This document shows, in pieces, positions 63,562-64,000 of a stretch of 64,000 nucleotides of DNA. The translations under genes and the position numbers were made by a program. Position 1 is the first letter of the stretch. Each line of letters begins with the position of its first letter. The DNA comes from Squalus acanthias. Taxonomy: Eukaryota. The notes under the pieces are model-generated. The model had not been told where the DNA came from, made no database searches, and saw only the letters and a list, made by a program, of their open reading frames with translations. Where the stretch lies: assembly GCA_030390025.1 (NCBI GenBank), contig CM059432.1, positions 86,058,001 through 86,122,000 on the forward strand, in the 5' to 3' direction.

Positions 63562-63695
63562 TCAGCAGTCTGATCTCTTCTTCAGCTTGCGTATTCTTTC
63601 TTGCCGAATAGTATCACATTCCAAACCAGCTAGTTCTGTCAGTCGATGAATGAACGTGGCTGATGCACCATGGAGAGGGTTCTGGTAGTTCTGTA
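63562..63695 (-). CDS. C8orf89: Terminal coding exon of a C8orf89-like gene
   Basis: T-tract and CAG acceptor (alternative CAG 5 nt further in). NYQNPLHGASATFIHRLTELAGLECDTIRQERIRKLKKRSDC* resembles the recalled C8orf89 C-terminus (DPLTGAPSQYLERLS..A.LEYDTIRQE). Minus-strand AATAAA at 63432-63437 and 63401-63406. Absent from the ORF track. Confidence 0.65.
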
Positions 63696-64000
63696 CTGTA
63701 TCAGCAAAAAAAAAATGCAAATGAATTAAGATCACTGTGTAGAAACCATGAGAAAGCTATAATTGGCCTCAGTGTTTCCAGGTAGGGTGGGGAAAAACCA
63801 GCCAGGCTTTCCATACCTGATCACTGTACAGTAACCCCTGCTGGAAAGTACATGTCAGGTTAGACTGTATCAAGCTTAGGTGTTAAGACTCCTATGCCTG
63901 GGCTCATGTATAAAGAATGGTCAGCTTGGAAAGGGCTGTTGGGGCCCATGGAAACAGCATAAGTTATTAACTTCAGAAGAAAAGGGAAGGGAAAAAAGAG

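Noticed and set aside
63740..64000. Possible old SINE remnant (also ~27890-28070)
   Set aside because: Too diverged to support a call by eye.
1..64000. CRISPR arrays or prokaryotic systems; most short ORFs in the track
   Set aside because: No repeat-spacer array was seen. The DNA is eukaryotic, and most short ORFs are alternate frames or antisense readings of transposons.

Overview
Repeat-dense vertebrate DNA, most likely from a cartilaginous fish (inferred from the CR1/L2 dominance, a Deu-domain tRNA SINE and Penelope and Harbinger families). Two host-gene ends converge across about 36 kb of nested transposons. On + are the last two coding exons of an ABCC/SUR-like transporter (20672-20848, 26426-26605). 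On - is the last exon of a C8orf89-like gene (63562-63695). Main observations: (1) a decayed 7.8 kb retrovirus-like provirus (6043-13817, -). It has a tRNA-Arg PBS, a CCHC gag, gag-pol joined in frame by a UGA-CUAG readthrough-type stop, a tether plus second RNase H, and foamy-like RT/IN motifs (lokiretrovirus-like). It has only one LTR, yet nearly intact target-site duplications (TSDs). (2) Three solo LTRs with 4-bp TSDs. (3) A 248-bp insertion containing a perfect 105-bp-arm palindrome with a minimal hammerhead ribozyme motif on each strand, plus further Penelope-type hammerheads elsewhere. (4) A 28S rRNA-head/CR1-tail chimeric retroposon. (5) Harbinger-type elements that kept the Myb/SANT gene but lost the transposase core, and hairpin-rich MITEs. 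(6) A CR1 5' end with a tandem monomer and TATA box. All family names come from motif recognition by eye; no searches were run, and LINE boundaries are approximate.
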